Sequence record: LC819008.1 | Direction: 5' to 3' (one strand) | DNA: 64,000 bases | Shown here: positions 48,285 to 57,492 of the stretch, piece after piece | Layout: each line of letters begins with the position of its first letter | How positions within the stretch are numbered: position 1 is the stretch's first letter | The notes under the pieces: generated by a model | The model's database searches: none | Seen by the model: only the letters and a program-made list of their open reading frames with translations | Told to the model about the DNA's origin: nothing | Translations under genes and position numbers: made by a program

Positions 48285-49424
48285 TTAGTCGTCGAGATCG
48301 AATTCGAAGACTTTGCCGGAGTCGTCGCGGGTCACGGCATTCACCATGTACGCGACAGGAGGTGCTTCTTGCGGCGAAGCTTGCGTCTTGCGCAGATTGA
48401 CGCGGCTGTTCATGTACGGCAGCGGATTATCCATCACCATCGGGAAGTTCACATCCTTCTCGATGCCAAGGAAGTACGCAACGTCCGTACCGCCGAAGTA
48501 GTTGAAGCGCTTGAGTGACGAAGGCGACATGCCGGTATGCTCATGACCGTCTTCATGCATCACATCCACCCAGCGGTCTTCGCCGGCGATTGCCTCGTTG
48601 AGCATCGCGACGATGACGTGCCGGTTGTTCTTGAACGCTTCACGACCACGATCGGTCGACAGGAGCGATTCGATGTTCGCCTTGCCAAACGGCACGTGGA
48701 TTTCCACTTCGTCTTGTGCGATACGCTGCACTGCGTCGCCGATCGGCTGGAACAGGTTCATTGCACAGATGCCGAACGTAACAGCAAACGACGGCATGAA
48801 CTGGCAACGTTCCATGATCAGGAGTGCCACGATGTACAGGAAGATCGCATCGTAGATCTCGTAACGCTCACGATCGGTCAGCGGATACGTTTTCGGATCG
48901 AACTGGTACAGAGCCCAGCGGTGCGATGCGCAGTACGCATTGCCGAACACTTCGGCGACGACCTTAAGACGCAAGTGAGCATCCGAATCGTTCTTGAACT
49001 GAGCCATGGCAGCAACCGGATCGTCGAACGATTGACGAACGATTTCTGCGTAGGTGCGAGCGTGGATCGACTCGTTATCCGAGATGCGCTGATAGCCGGT
49101 CCAGACTTCCGAGGACGAACAGACACCCGACATGATGCCTGAGATCGTCGAGGAGGCCACAGAATCCGTTTCCCACTGCCAGGCGAGGGTACGGATCATG
49201 TCCTTCGCGATGAGCGGATCTACAGTCTTGAATTCCACGCGACAGAGCTCGAATACGAACTCTTTTTCAGTCCAGTCTTGCCCGCGCAGCTTTTCGTAAA
49301 GCTCGTTCTGCTTGGGGTACTGGCGGTTGATAGTGTCCAGCAGACCACGCGGCTGGCCAAGAATGATCGGAGTCTTTTCATAGTCCGTCTTTGCGGCATT
49401 GAAAATGGCTTGGTTAATGGTCAT
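48285..49424 (-). CDS. nrdB: Ribonucleotide reductase class Ia beta subunit
   Basis: ATG at 49424 (MTINQAIFN); WETDS, NESIHARTY (E/H ligands and radical Tyr), ERCQFMPSF, DEVEIH, SPQE. Confidence 0.92.
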   Translation of the reverse strand: MTINQAIFNAAKTDYEKTPIILGQPRGLLDTINRQYPKQNELYEKLRGQDWTEKEFVFELCRVEFKTVDPLIAKDMIRTLAWQWETDSVASSTISGIMSGVCSSSEVWTGYQRISDNESIHARTYAEIVRQSFDDPVAAMAQFKNDSDAHLRLKVVAEVFGNAYCASHRWALYQFDPKTYPLTDRERYEIYDAIFLYIVALLIMERCQFMPSFAVTFGICAMNLFQPIGDAVQRIAQDEVEIHVPFGKANIESLLSTDRGREAFKNNRHVIVAMLNEAIAGEDRWVDVMHEDGHEHTGMSPSSLKRFNYFGGTDVAYFLGIEKDVNFPMVMDNPLPYMNSRVNLRKTQASPQEAPPVAYMVNAVTRDDSGKVFEFDLDD

Positions 49425-49455
49425 TTTGAAATTCGAGCCTATAAGGGGTGTTGAA

Positions 49456-49480
49456 ACTGGGACTACAGAATAGTCCCAGT
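49456..49480. terminator. Hairpin between nrdA and nrdB
   Basis: actgggacta-cagaa-tagtcccagt; only a short U-run on the minus strand, so possibly a partial terminator. Confidence 0.55.
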
Positions 49481-49491
49481 CTCTTACTTTT

Positions 49492-52400
49492 TTACAGCGA
49501 ACAACCTTCGCATTCCATGTGGCCATCGCCACCCGTCTGTTCAGTTTGGAACGTAATGCCTTCCAGACCTGTGAGTTCTTCAGAAGTACTCAGCAGAACA
49601 CCCTTCTCGCCAACAACGACCGATGTCATCGAGACAGGATCGTAGATGACGTCGCCGGGTTTTGGACCAGCTGCTTCGTGGACAGACTTCGAGATCTTCA
49701 TCGAGTCTTCCGAGCCGGGCATGAGCGTGTTGATGTAGTAGCGCGTCTTCACGCCCTTTTCCACACGGTCCATTTCCGCTTCCACGATTTCCGTCGAACT
49801 CACTTCCAGGCGTTCCGTGAAGTCCAGATACCAGTCGGCCGAAATCGACTGATCGCAGAACTTCTGCGGAATTGCGTAGATGCTGTTCTGTTCCGGCAGG
49901 GTGAGTTCCCACATGCGCTGATACAGATACGCAGGATCGTCACCGTACGGTGCGGCCCAACGCAGCATGTTGTTCGCATCGCCCTTGAGCAACACGAGTT
50001 CGCGAATGCCGTAGATGCTGTTCGTAGCACCCAGAGCCTTCGAGGAGCTTTCACCCGGCATGAAGTTGATCAGGCAGCTGTGTGCCAGACCACCGTTTGC
50101 CTTGATCTGCTCGGAAACTTCGTCCCAGTCGTACTGGTATTCGAAGTTGGCCAGTGTGTCGACCTTCTTGCGATACGTCTTGAGCGGAGTCCAACCATCC
50201 GGCCATTTCGTACGCGCAATCCAGGGAGCCAGACCGCGTTCCTTGGAGATGGCGATCGAAGCCTGAATCGCGAAGTACAGGTGACGCTCGTACACGCGGT
50301 GCAGTTCTTGCAGACCTTCCGTGGAGTTGAACTTCAGACGCTTACGCGCCATGTGGGTTGCAACACCCATCATACCGACGCCAGCGTTCATGCGAGCCTT
50401 CGCAGTCACGCCCATGTGCGGCAGGATGTATTCGTTTTCGAGAATGCAGTAGTCGATCATCTTGTACGCGTAGTACATGACGTCGGCATACTCGGCGTCC
50501 GACATCTCTTCCGTGATGTTGGTCGCAGCCAACGAACACAGAGCGACTTCCGGTTCCTTCTTGACGGAGAGGACTTGCTTGACCGTCAAAACGCCGTAGT
50601 CCTTGGAGTTGTGCTGCATGCCGACCTTGACCGACTGAGCAACCCAACGACCCGAGGGACCCGTGACGACTTCCGAAGCCTTGGAGTGGACATGATGTTC
50701 CATGCCGTTTTCGGCGACCGCGACCCACGATGCATGACCCACTTCGACTTCCGAGAAGAGATCTTTCATCGCGTCTTTGCCGTCGTACGGCTGAGTCGGC
50801 TCCGATACTTCCAGACACTGACCGGTCACGACGCCATTGAACATGGCCTTATGACGCTTCGGTTCGCTGAAACAGTACACCGAGTTTTCGACGCCGAGGT
50901 TTTCGATGTCGAGAATCGTCACATCGTCGTGTTCGCCAGCATTGCGCGGATCCTTGAACGATGCGAGCTTGTCGCCACGTTTGAGGTCCTTGGTGCGAAC
51001 TTCGGTCTCGACACCATCACGCATCACATACCACTTGTGATACGAAGTGCAATCGAGGAAGCCCTTACCGCCCTTCACGTAAACGCGCAGGAGCTTCTCC
51101 AGCGGGCTGGTTTGGCGAACAGTCACACGACTCCATTCGAAGCCGTTCCAGACCTCTACGGAACGATCTCGGTACTCGGAGATAGCACGCTCGCCGTATT
51201 CCTTGGTGAGGATGATCGTGCCAGGCGCAACACACAGGTTCGACGAATGGATCGCATCCAGGAACGGCGTGTTGCGGTTCATCTCGTCGATGGAGGCCGC
51301 ATAGATCGTGCCGGTCTGAATACCTTGCTGAACTGCATGCACGACGATGTCGCGAGCAGGAGCGTAGTTCTTCTTGAAGTTCGGGTCGTCTTCGTACTTC
51401 TTGTAGATCTTCGCGAACAGCTGGATATCCGGGCCGTAGAAGGCTTCGTGAAGATCCGGCGCATTCTTGATGTTCCACGTGAAGATATCCTCTCCCTTGG
51501 CCATCTTCATGGTCAGGAAACGATTCGTCATGTACGCGTAGTGCGCATCACGGTTACGAGCCGTGTCGGACGCGCGCGTATCACGCAAGCCTGCGATGAC
51601 TTGAGCTTCCGGATCGAACAGGTTGAAGTACAACGTACCCGCACCACCACGACCACCCTGCAGATTCGCACGGATGTTCTTGCCGAAGGTGGCGATATAC
51701 GGCAGCTTGCCGCGGTGAAGGAAACGACCCTTTTGAACCGGGTCGCCGATGGAACGCGTCATCAGGTTCGTGCCGATACCTGCGGACTGCGTCGTCATCA
51801 TGTATGTGATGTGGTCTCCGGCTGCCAAGCTCCAGCGGCTGTCACCAACCGCGATCAGGCAGCAGCTTGCATACCCCTTGTGGTACGTGCCCAGATTGTT
51901 GTAGTTGGGCGTCGGTGCCGACAAACGTTTGTTCGAGAAGTGACGATAGATGCGAATCACATGTTCCAGACGCGAACGCTTGGCGTATTCCGCATTTTCG
52001 AGCGGATAGCCGGGCATCGTTTCGGGGTGCGACTCGAACAGTGCCATCGCCATGCGCATGTAGATGAACTGCGGCGTCTCGTACTCCGTCTTGGTCGAGA
52101 AATCCTGCAGCGCATACTTGAAGCGCAGCTGTTCGATTGCGAAGTGCGGATACGTCAGATCCTGGTCATGATTGACCGTGGCTTCGATGACGCTCCATTC
52201 GTATTCCGAGTAGTCCAGCTTGCGAGCCAGACCTGCCGAATGCAGTCGGTCTTGCACTGCGCGAACGAGAGGCAGTTCTTTCGTACCGAAGATTTCGATA
52301 CGATCGAGTACAGCACGCAGCCGTCCTGCCATCAGGTAATGCGACCACGTATCACGTGCGAGCAGCGTGTCGATGAGTTTCTGCATCAGACGCTGAACGG

Positions 52401-52551
52401 TTACCTTCTTGGGAAGGTCGCGGACCGTTTCGAGAGCGATGCTGCTCCACTCGTCTTCAGCAACGCCGACGGCGTCCTGTACCCAGTGGTTCAGCTTCTT
52501 GGCGTCGAACTTTTCTTCTTCGCCCTTGAGGTTGATGACGGTTTCAATCAT
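49492..52551 (-). CDS. nrdA: Ribonucleotide reductase class Ia alpha subunit, intein-containing
   Basis: SAPTP, ASCC, RGGAGT, SSNL[intein]CLE, EVALC, PGESSS, DQSISAD, KTRYY, C-terminal CEGCSL. Confidence 0.95.
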   Translation of the reverse strand: MIETVINLKGEEEKFDAKKLNHWVQDAVGVAEDEWSSIALETVRDLPKKVTVQRLMQKLIDTLLARDTWSHYLMAGRLRAVLDRIEIFGTKELPLVRAVQDRLHSAGLARKLDYSEYEWSVIEATVNHDQDLTYPHFAIEQLRFKYALQDFSTKTEYETPQFIYMRMAMALFESHPETMPGYPLENAEYAKRSRLEHVIRIYRHFSNKRLSAPTPNYNNLGTYHKGYASCCLIAVGDSRWSLAAGDHITYMMTTQSAGIGTNLMTRSIGDPVQKGRFLHRGKLPYIATFGKNIRANLQGGRGGAGTLYFNLFDPEAQVIAGLRDTRASDTARNRDAHYAYMTNRFLTMKMAKGEDIFTWNIKNAPDLHEAFYGPDIQLFAKIYKKYEDDPNFKKNYAPARDIVVHAVQQGIQTGTIYAASIDEMNRNTPFLDAIHSSNLCVAPGTIILTKEYGERAISEYRDRSVEVWNGFEWSRVTVRQTSPLEKLLRVYVKGGKGFLDCTSYHKWYVMRDGVETEVRTKDLKRGDKLASFKDPRNAGEHDDVTILDIENLGVENSVYCFSEPKRHKAMFNGVVTGQCLEVSEPTQPYDGKDAMKDLFSEVEVGHASWVAVAENGMEHHVHSKASEVVTGPSGRWVAQSVKVGMQHNSKDYGVLTVKQVLSVKKEPEVALCSLAATNITEEMSDAEYADVMYYAYKMIDYCILENEYILPHMGVTAKARMNAGVGMMGVATHMARKRLKFNSTEGLQELHRVYERHLYFAIQASIAISKERGLAPWIARTKWPDGWTPLKTYRKKVDTLANFEYQYDWDEVSEQIKANGGLAHSCLINFMPGESSSKALGATNSIYGIRELVLLKGDANNMLRWAAPYGDDPAYLYQRMWELTLPEQNSIYAIPQKFCDQSISADWYLDFTERLEVSSTEIVEAEMDRVEKGVKTRYYINTLMPGSEDSMKISKSVHEAAGPKPGDVIYDPVSMTSVVVGEKGVLLSTSEELTGLEGITFQTEQTGGDGHMECEGCSL
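50818..51234 (-). mobile_element. Mini-intein (139 aa, no homing endonuclease) in NrdA, ending in Gln
   Basis: Begins CVAPGTIILT after SSNL, TSYHKW block B, VYCFSEP block F, ends FNGVVTGQ before the +1 Cys of CLE. Confidence 0.92.
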
Positions 52552-52566
52552 GTCAGGTCCGATTGG

Positions 52567-52818
52567 TTAAGCGGTTGCTGAGTGTGCCCGGACAATCTTG
52601 GTGAAGTTCTGCGGCGTGAAGCCCGACATCCATTCACCATTGTCCTCGATCACCGGCAGCTGACGAAACCCCTTCTCGCGCAACATCTGAGCTTGATCCG
52701 GCTGCTCGGCGATGTTGATTTCCTGATATTCGATGGCTTTGATCGACAAAGCCTTCTTCAGGTTCTCACAATTGGGGCACGAATTGCTGCTGTAGACGAT
52801 AACGGGGGCCATTTTCAA
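52567..52818 (-). CDS. nrdH: NrdH/glutaredoxin-like redoxin
   Basis: YSSNSCPNC, GFRQLPVI, WMSGF; upstream of nrdA. Confidence 0.88.
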   Translation of the reverse strand: MKMAPVIVYSSNSCPNCENLKKALSIKAIEYQEINIAEQPDQAQMLREKGFRQLPVIEDNGEWMSGFTPQNFTKIVRAHSATA

Positions 52819-52992
52819 ATACTCCAGGGTACTACTTCAGTTAATCGAAGGTGGTGCTAAAAATTAACGCATTTCGAAAATTGCGAACATAGGTCCTTGC
52901 CCTCCAGACGACTCAAAGTCCGTCTGGAGTACGCATTTTTTGAAATGTGTTTTCTCTCTGTCCAGAGTATAAAAGACCAAAAAAAATAAAAT

Positions 52993-53020
52993 TATCAGAG
53001 TGGGGAAACCCACTCTGATA
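52993..53020 (-). terminator. Intrinsic terminator
   Basis: tatcagagtggg-GAAA-cccactctgata with an A-run on + (U-run on -) after the 53036 stop. Confidence 0.8.
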
Positions 53021-53035
53021 CTATATTTCCGGTCC

Positions 53036-53623
53036 TTACAGATGCCTGAAATAGTCGTAATTCTTCGACGTGAGAGGCGTCACAATGGAAATGACGATCT
53101 TGAGTCGACAGCCTTCGCCATGTTGCTTTTTGTTGTAGCTGGCTACGGCTTCTGCGGTAGTCAGTTCGTCACCAGATGTCGTGAGTAGTTTGATTTTGAT
53201 ATGGTTGCGTAGTTTGCTCTTTTTGATATTGATGAACGTACCATGCATGTAGTAGAACTTCTGCGTGATGACATCGATCGCTGCGTAGAGCTTCAGGTCA
53301 TCGGGAGGAGTCAGCAGCCAGATTTGAGCCTGATACAGTACTGCGAAATGTTGTATTGCATGAGCGATCATCCATTTGCGCTGGTATTTAAGACCCTGAC
53401 ACATCTGAACGTAGATCTGTTCTACGATATCTTCGATCTCCTCATCATAGATCACCTTGTCGCGAGGTGAGATATGTTCATTTACCATCACGGCTGCGTC
53501 GAATTGTGACTTGATGGTTCGGCGTGCAATCCAATACCTGAAGGTAAGTGAGGTGATCCGTATTGCGATCAGCGTCGTGTACAAACCAACGCAAAACAGA
53601 AAGAATTGTCCAATAGTTTCCAT
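53036..53623 (-). CDS. Hypothetical protein with N-terminal TM segment
   Basis: FFLFCVGLYTTLIAIRITSLTF; AT-richer than neighbours. Confidence 0.6.
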   Translation of the reverse strand: METIGQFFLFCVGLYTTLIAIRITSLTFRYWIARRTIKSQFDAAVMVNEHISPRDKVIYDEEIEDIVEQIYVQMCQGLKYQRKWMIAHAIQHFAVLYQAQIWLLTPPDDLKLYAAIDVITQKFYYMHGTFINIKKSKLRNHIKIKLLTTSGDELTTAEAVASYNKKQHGEGCRLKIVISIVTPLTSKNYDYFRHL

Positions 53624-53658
53624 TGTTCTTAACCTTCATTGCAAAAAAAGATGACATA

Positions 53659-53686
53659 ACTACCATGGGGTCTCCCCCATGGTAGT
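53659..53686 (-). terminator. Intrinsic terminator
   Basis: actaccatgggg-TCT-ccccatggtagt with an A-run on + after the 53697 stop. Confidence 0.75.
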
Positions 53687-53696
53687 CAGTCGATCG

Positions 53697-55787
53697 TTAC
53701 TGGATCATGCGCAGCAGGATCGCCTTGTCGTTCATGTACGAACGGCTAGCTTCGATCACGCGCATGTCAGCGGTCTGGATATAGAAGCGACCATACGCGT
53801 CGCCGTCCTTCGTGAGCAGATCTTGAGCCAGATCATGGAAGAACGGATTCGTTTCGGCCAGAATCTGCGATGCGACTTCAGGCACCATGTCGATGTCGAG
53901 GTTGTAGCCGACTTCGTTCAGGTAAATGAACTTGGTCGGCATCGACACGACGAACGGCTTCACGCCGCCGTTACCTTCAGGCAGCTGGGTCAGCACATAG
54001 ATTTCCGCTTCCTGGTCGTAATGGAACAGGTTGCGGATTTCGCGCTCTTGATGCGTTTGAATTGCATCGCGATAGCCATCGCCGAACTTCTCGGTGATGT
54101 ATGCGAACAGTTCCAGCCAGTCGCTCGTGAACGACGTGATCTTCAGCGAGTTGATCGACAGATGTTGACGCAGGATGCGATTCACAGCCTTCGTCAGATA
54201 CCGGTCAAGTTGCAGCCAGAGTTCCGGCGTGAGCTTCTTCGACAGGTTCTTCATCTTCTCGGCCAACTTCGTGAACGACGACACTTGACGCAGTTCTTCG
54301 ATCAGGCCCGACTCGTCTTCATTTGCGATGAACGAATCGATGATCAATGCACGGCCGACAGCGATTTCCACCGGATGGTAGGTATCGCCATTGGGCTGCT
54401 TGCGTTCTTGCGTGAAACGACGATAGTTCAGACGCACGAGCACGTCCTTCAGACCATACGACATGAAGGTGTGATCGGTGAAGTCCAGCCGGTTGTGATA
54501 CGTGACCGTTTCTTCTGAACCTTCCACATTGAACTCTTCCGTCGGATTGAGGAGAGCTTCATGCATCTTGTTCAGTCGAGCGTTCACGCCCTGGCTGTTG
54601 TCGTCGAAACGTGCGAAGTCTTTCGGCGAGGTGCCAAAGGACATCGACGCGTGTGCGTAGTAGTCCACGATCTGATCCTTGTCGATGGTGCGCGGGATCA
54701 CCACACCATGATCGATGTCCATTTCGTACATCAATTCCTGATTGTGGTTGAACACCAGCGGATGCGGATACTTCTGGCTCGGCACCCACGCATCCAGATT
54801 CTCATACGCCGAGAGCAGCGGGCCACTGGTTCGAGCGCCTGCTACTTCTTCGCCGCGTCCCAATTCCTTGGTCTGCATGTTCTTCCCTTCTTGTTGTGCT
54901 TCACGAGCCAATGCGTCCTCGATGTCGCTTTCATCTTGCATGCGACCCGGCAGACGCTGAACGCGACTACCGCCCGACGACTCACGACGCAGCGGCGCTG
55001 CATCCTGATAACGATCGTCTTCACGACGGCTAACGCGCCGATCATCACGGTCGTCATCCCGACGATCGTCACGGCGCGAGGACGTATCAGCATTGTCTTC
55101 GAAGCGATCGTCCTGGTCTGTATTACCGAACCGGTTTTCACGCGTTTCGAGACGACGACGCGGAGAACCGCTTACGCCGCCACGAACTGCACCGCGATCC
55201 CAACGATCACGACGATTGCTACGGCTGCGGCCGCCGCGATCATCACGACGATCATCACGATCATAATCGCGGTCCCGTCCGCGACCACGATCACGACCAC
55301 CCGGAATGCGGTTGCCGTTGCGACGATACGCTTCGATCGCGTCCAGATACTTCTTGAACGTAGCGATACCGCGATCGATGTCGCGCTCGCTGCGACGTTC
55401 GACATATTCCATCAGTTCCGGATATTCGTCGCACGTGTAAGCGATATGCAACATGATGACGTCTTCGACACATGCCGGCACCGCTTCACGCGTATCACGG
55501 AACTTGCCTTCTTGCATCGCAATGTCGATCACATCGCCGATCGTGCCCACGAGGTCTTCGAAGTCACGATTGCGATAGTCGTTGTCCGACATCATGTTGA
55601 AGTAATGAATGCGCAACTCGTTGTCACGAGCACGCTCCTGGATTACGTCGATGGCGTTATAGATGATGTCATCCATAATTTCATCGATGTCGCGCACCGG
55701 GTGGCTGAGTCGGACGGGGACGTCACCACGACGAAGGTTGATTTCCTGACCTTCGATACGCGTCGGAGAGAATTTGAGTCTAGCCAT
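53697..55787 (-). CDS. Large hypothetical protein with Arg/Asp-rich disordered region
   Basis: 696 aa, strong codon bias, immediately downstream of the RNAP subunit. Confidence 0.75.
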   Translation of the reverse strand: MARLKFSPTRIEGQEINLRRGDVPVRLSHPVRDIDEIMDDIIYNAIDVIQERARDNELRIHYFNMMSDNDYRNRDFEDLVGTIGDVIDIAMQEGKFRDTREAVPACVEDVIMLHIAYTCDEYPELMEYVERRSERDIDRGIATFKKYLDAIEAYRRNGNRIPGGRDRGRGRDRDYDRDDRRDDRGGRSRSNRRDRWDRGAVRGGVSGSPRRRLETRENRFGNTDQDDRFEDNADTSSRRDDRRDDDRDDRRVSRREDDRYQDAAPLRRESSGGSRVQRLPGRMQDESDIEDALAREAQQEGKNMQTKELGRGEEVAGARTSGPLLSAYENLDAWVPSQKYPHPLVFNHNQELMYEMDIDHGVVIPRTIDKDQIVDYYAHASMSFGTSPKDFARFDDNSQGVNARLNKMHEALLNPTEEFNVEGSEETVTYHNRLDFTDHTFMSYGLKDVLVRLNYRRFTQERKQPNGDTYHPVEIAVGRALIIDSFIANEDESGLIEELRQVSSFTKLAEKMKNLSKKLTPELWLQLDRYLTKAVNRILRQHLSINSLKITSFTSDWLELFAYITEKFGDGYRDAIQTHQEREIRNLFHYDQEAEIYVLTQLPEGNGGVKPFVVSMPTKFIYLNEVGYNLDIDMVPEVASQILAETNPFFHDLAQDLLTKDGDAYGRFYIQTADMRVIEASRSYMNDKAILLRMIQ

Positions 55788-55794
55788 TTTCTAA

Positions 55795-57474
55795 TTACCG
55801 CCCTTTAATTTTGTCTTGAGTACGTTTTCGGATTGCAGCAAACACGGGGTTCGGATTCTCCACGGTAATGAAACCCGGAGAGAGCGTCGCCCACATGCCG
55901 ATACGAGTCCGGCCGGTTGGTGTCTTCTTCTGAATGTTCAGATAGCCACCAATTTCCGCGATAGATTCATCCAGGATCTTGGAGGACCCTTGCGAGGAAC
56001 TATCTCTTCTTGCGCCTTTCTTGCTGCTGCTAGTCTGCGGAACCAGCAGCGAAGTCAGCTTCGTGGCCATGTTATCGCCGGGAATTGCAATCGACGATAC
56101 GCCAGGCCGCCCGTTAGTGATCTTGAAAATCGGTCCGGGCTTCAACTTCTTTTTGAAAATCTCCTCGATGGTCTTCTGAGTCAGAGGACGCTTCGGATCA
56201 GTCAAGGAGCGACGATAAGCCGTATGGATTGCAAAGTTCGTTTCGACGATCGCATGCGTGATGTCGTACAGAACGTAATTCAGAACACTGAGTTCCTTGC
56301 CAAACATACTGCTGATCTTGTTCGAGTCCTGCAAGATCCATGCATTGCAATTTTTCATCACATGCATGAAGAAGTCGTAGGTGCTCGATACTTCGATCCC
56401 GATGGACTTGAGCTTTTGCTGCGTGATCAAGTCCATGTACTGGTCAATCGACTTGAAGTGGTCGCGCACCTTGTCGTGGAGCAGACCTTCATTCATGTCA
56501 CCAGTCCAGAGAATGTGGCCCATCAGAACACGCCACAACCAGAGGTTGTCGATGTCCTTCAGGATCATTCGCTTGGGGAAATGGTCGATCAGGTAGAACA
56601 GAGCACCGACCAGGTTCTCTGCATCCATCGTGAATTGATTGCGACGAATCGCCACGCGGATCTTGCTGCGAACGAAATCCATGCGAGGATTACCGTCGGG
56701 CTGCTTGCCGCGTGTTTCACAGATGACCCAATCTTCCGTCGGGAAGCGTTCAGGATCGATATCGTCCGCTGTGCCAAAGAACGGCTCGATACCGAGATAA
56801 TTCCTGAACGTATCCGTCACACCGTACTTACAAAACAGATAGTGCGCAAGGCACGTTTCCATCTTGATTGTCGGCTGAAGTTTTAGCATGTCCTTGGTCT
56901 TGTTATAGATATTGGACCACACGACCTGGACACTTCTTGTTCTGCCATCGACCAGATATGCATAGTCGAGGCGCCGGAAGATCAACTTGATACACAGCAG
57001 CTGTGCAAACACGTTGTCGTCATCCGGCGAGATCACGATGTCTTGCAAGACAGGACTGATTGCGAATCGCGAACCAGCAATCGTGATCAATCCACCCTTC
57101 GTCACAAAGGGCAGATACAGGAAACGCGGCGGAAGATCGACTCCCTGGAATCGGAAGAAGAACTTCACGAGAAAGACATCAGAGCGCGCCACATCAAACG
57201 CGGTCTTCGGTGCTTTCTTCAACTTGGTCTCGACACGCTTGGAGGTTTTTGTCGGCGAACGTTTCTTTGCGCCTTCCCGATATTCATCAGGCGGCAGACA
57301 ACGTTCATACCCGGCATACACCAGACCTTCCGGAAACTCCCGGCTGATCGATTGCCAAACCTGGTCGATGAACTTCAACGCACGCGGGATGTGCGTGGTT
57401 GCAATCCCGCTAGCGATCGCATGATTGAATTTTGGAATGATGCGATCTCGGAGTTCAACGAATGTTGGGTCCAT
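55795..57474 (-). CDS. Split RNA polymerase beta subunit, N-terminal part (phiKZ gp123-like, non-virion RNAP)
   Basis: PKFNHAIASG, LYLPFV...I..SRFAISPVLQD, HYLFCKYG, SIAEIGGY...PTGR..I; position downstream of the capsid gene as in phiKZ. Confidence 0.7.
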   Translation of the reverse strand: MDPTFVELRDRIIPKFNHAIASGIATTHIPRALKFIDQVWQSISREFPEGLVYAGYERCLPPDEYREGAKKRSPTKTSKRVETKLKKAPKTAFDVARSDVFLVKFFFRFQGVDLPPRFLYLPFVTKGGLITIAGSRFAISPVLQDIVISPDDDNVFAQLLCIKLIFRRLDYAYLVDGRTRSVQVVWSNIYNKTKDMLKLQPTIKMETCLAHYLFCKYGVTDTFRNYLGIEPFFGTADDIDPERFPTEDWVICETRGKQPDGNPRMDFVRSKIRVAIRRNQFTMDAENLVGALFYLIDHFPKRMILKDIDNLWLWRVLMGHILWTGDMNEGLLHDKVRDHFKSIDQYMDLITQQKLKSIGIEVSSTYDFFMHVMKNCNAWILQDSNKISSMFGKELSVLNYVLYDITHAIVETNFAIHTAYRRSLTDPKRPLTQKTIEEIFKKKLKPGPIFKITNGRPGVSSIAIPGDNMATKLTSLLVPQTSSSKKGARRDSSSQGSSKILDESIAEIGGYLNIQKKTPTGRTRIGMWATLSPGFITVENPNPVFAAIRKRTQDKIKGR

Positions 57475-57492
57475 GCATTCTCCGAAAGTTAT

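Noticed and set aside
49519-52581. 1020-aa antisense ORF over nrdA, and similar long antisense ORFs over the capsid (58884-61214), portal (31733-34300), SbcC and ligase genes
   Set aside because: They mirror real genes codon for codon; strong codon bias makes TTA/CTA/TCA rare on the sense strand and so removes antisense stops. No SD, motifs or protein-like composition.
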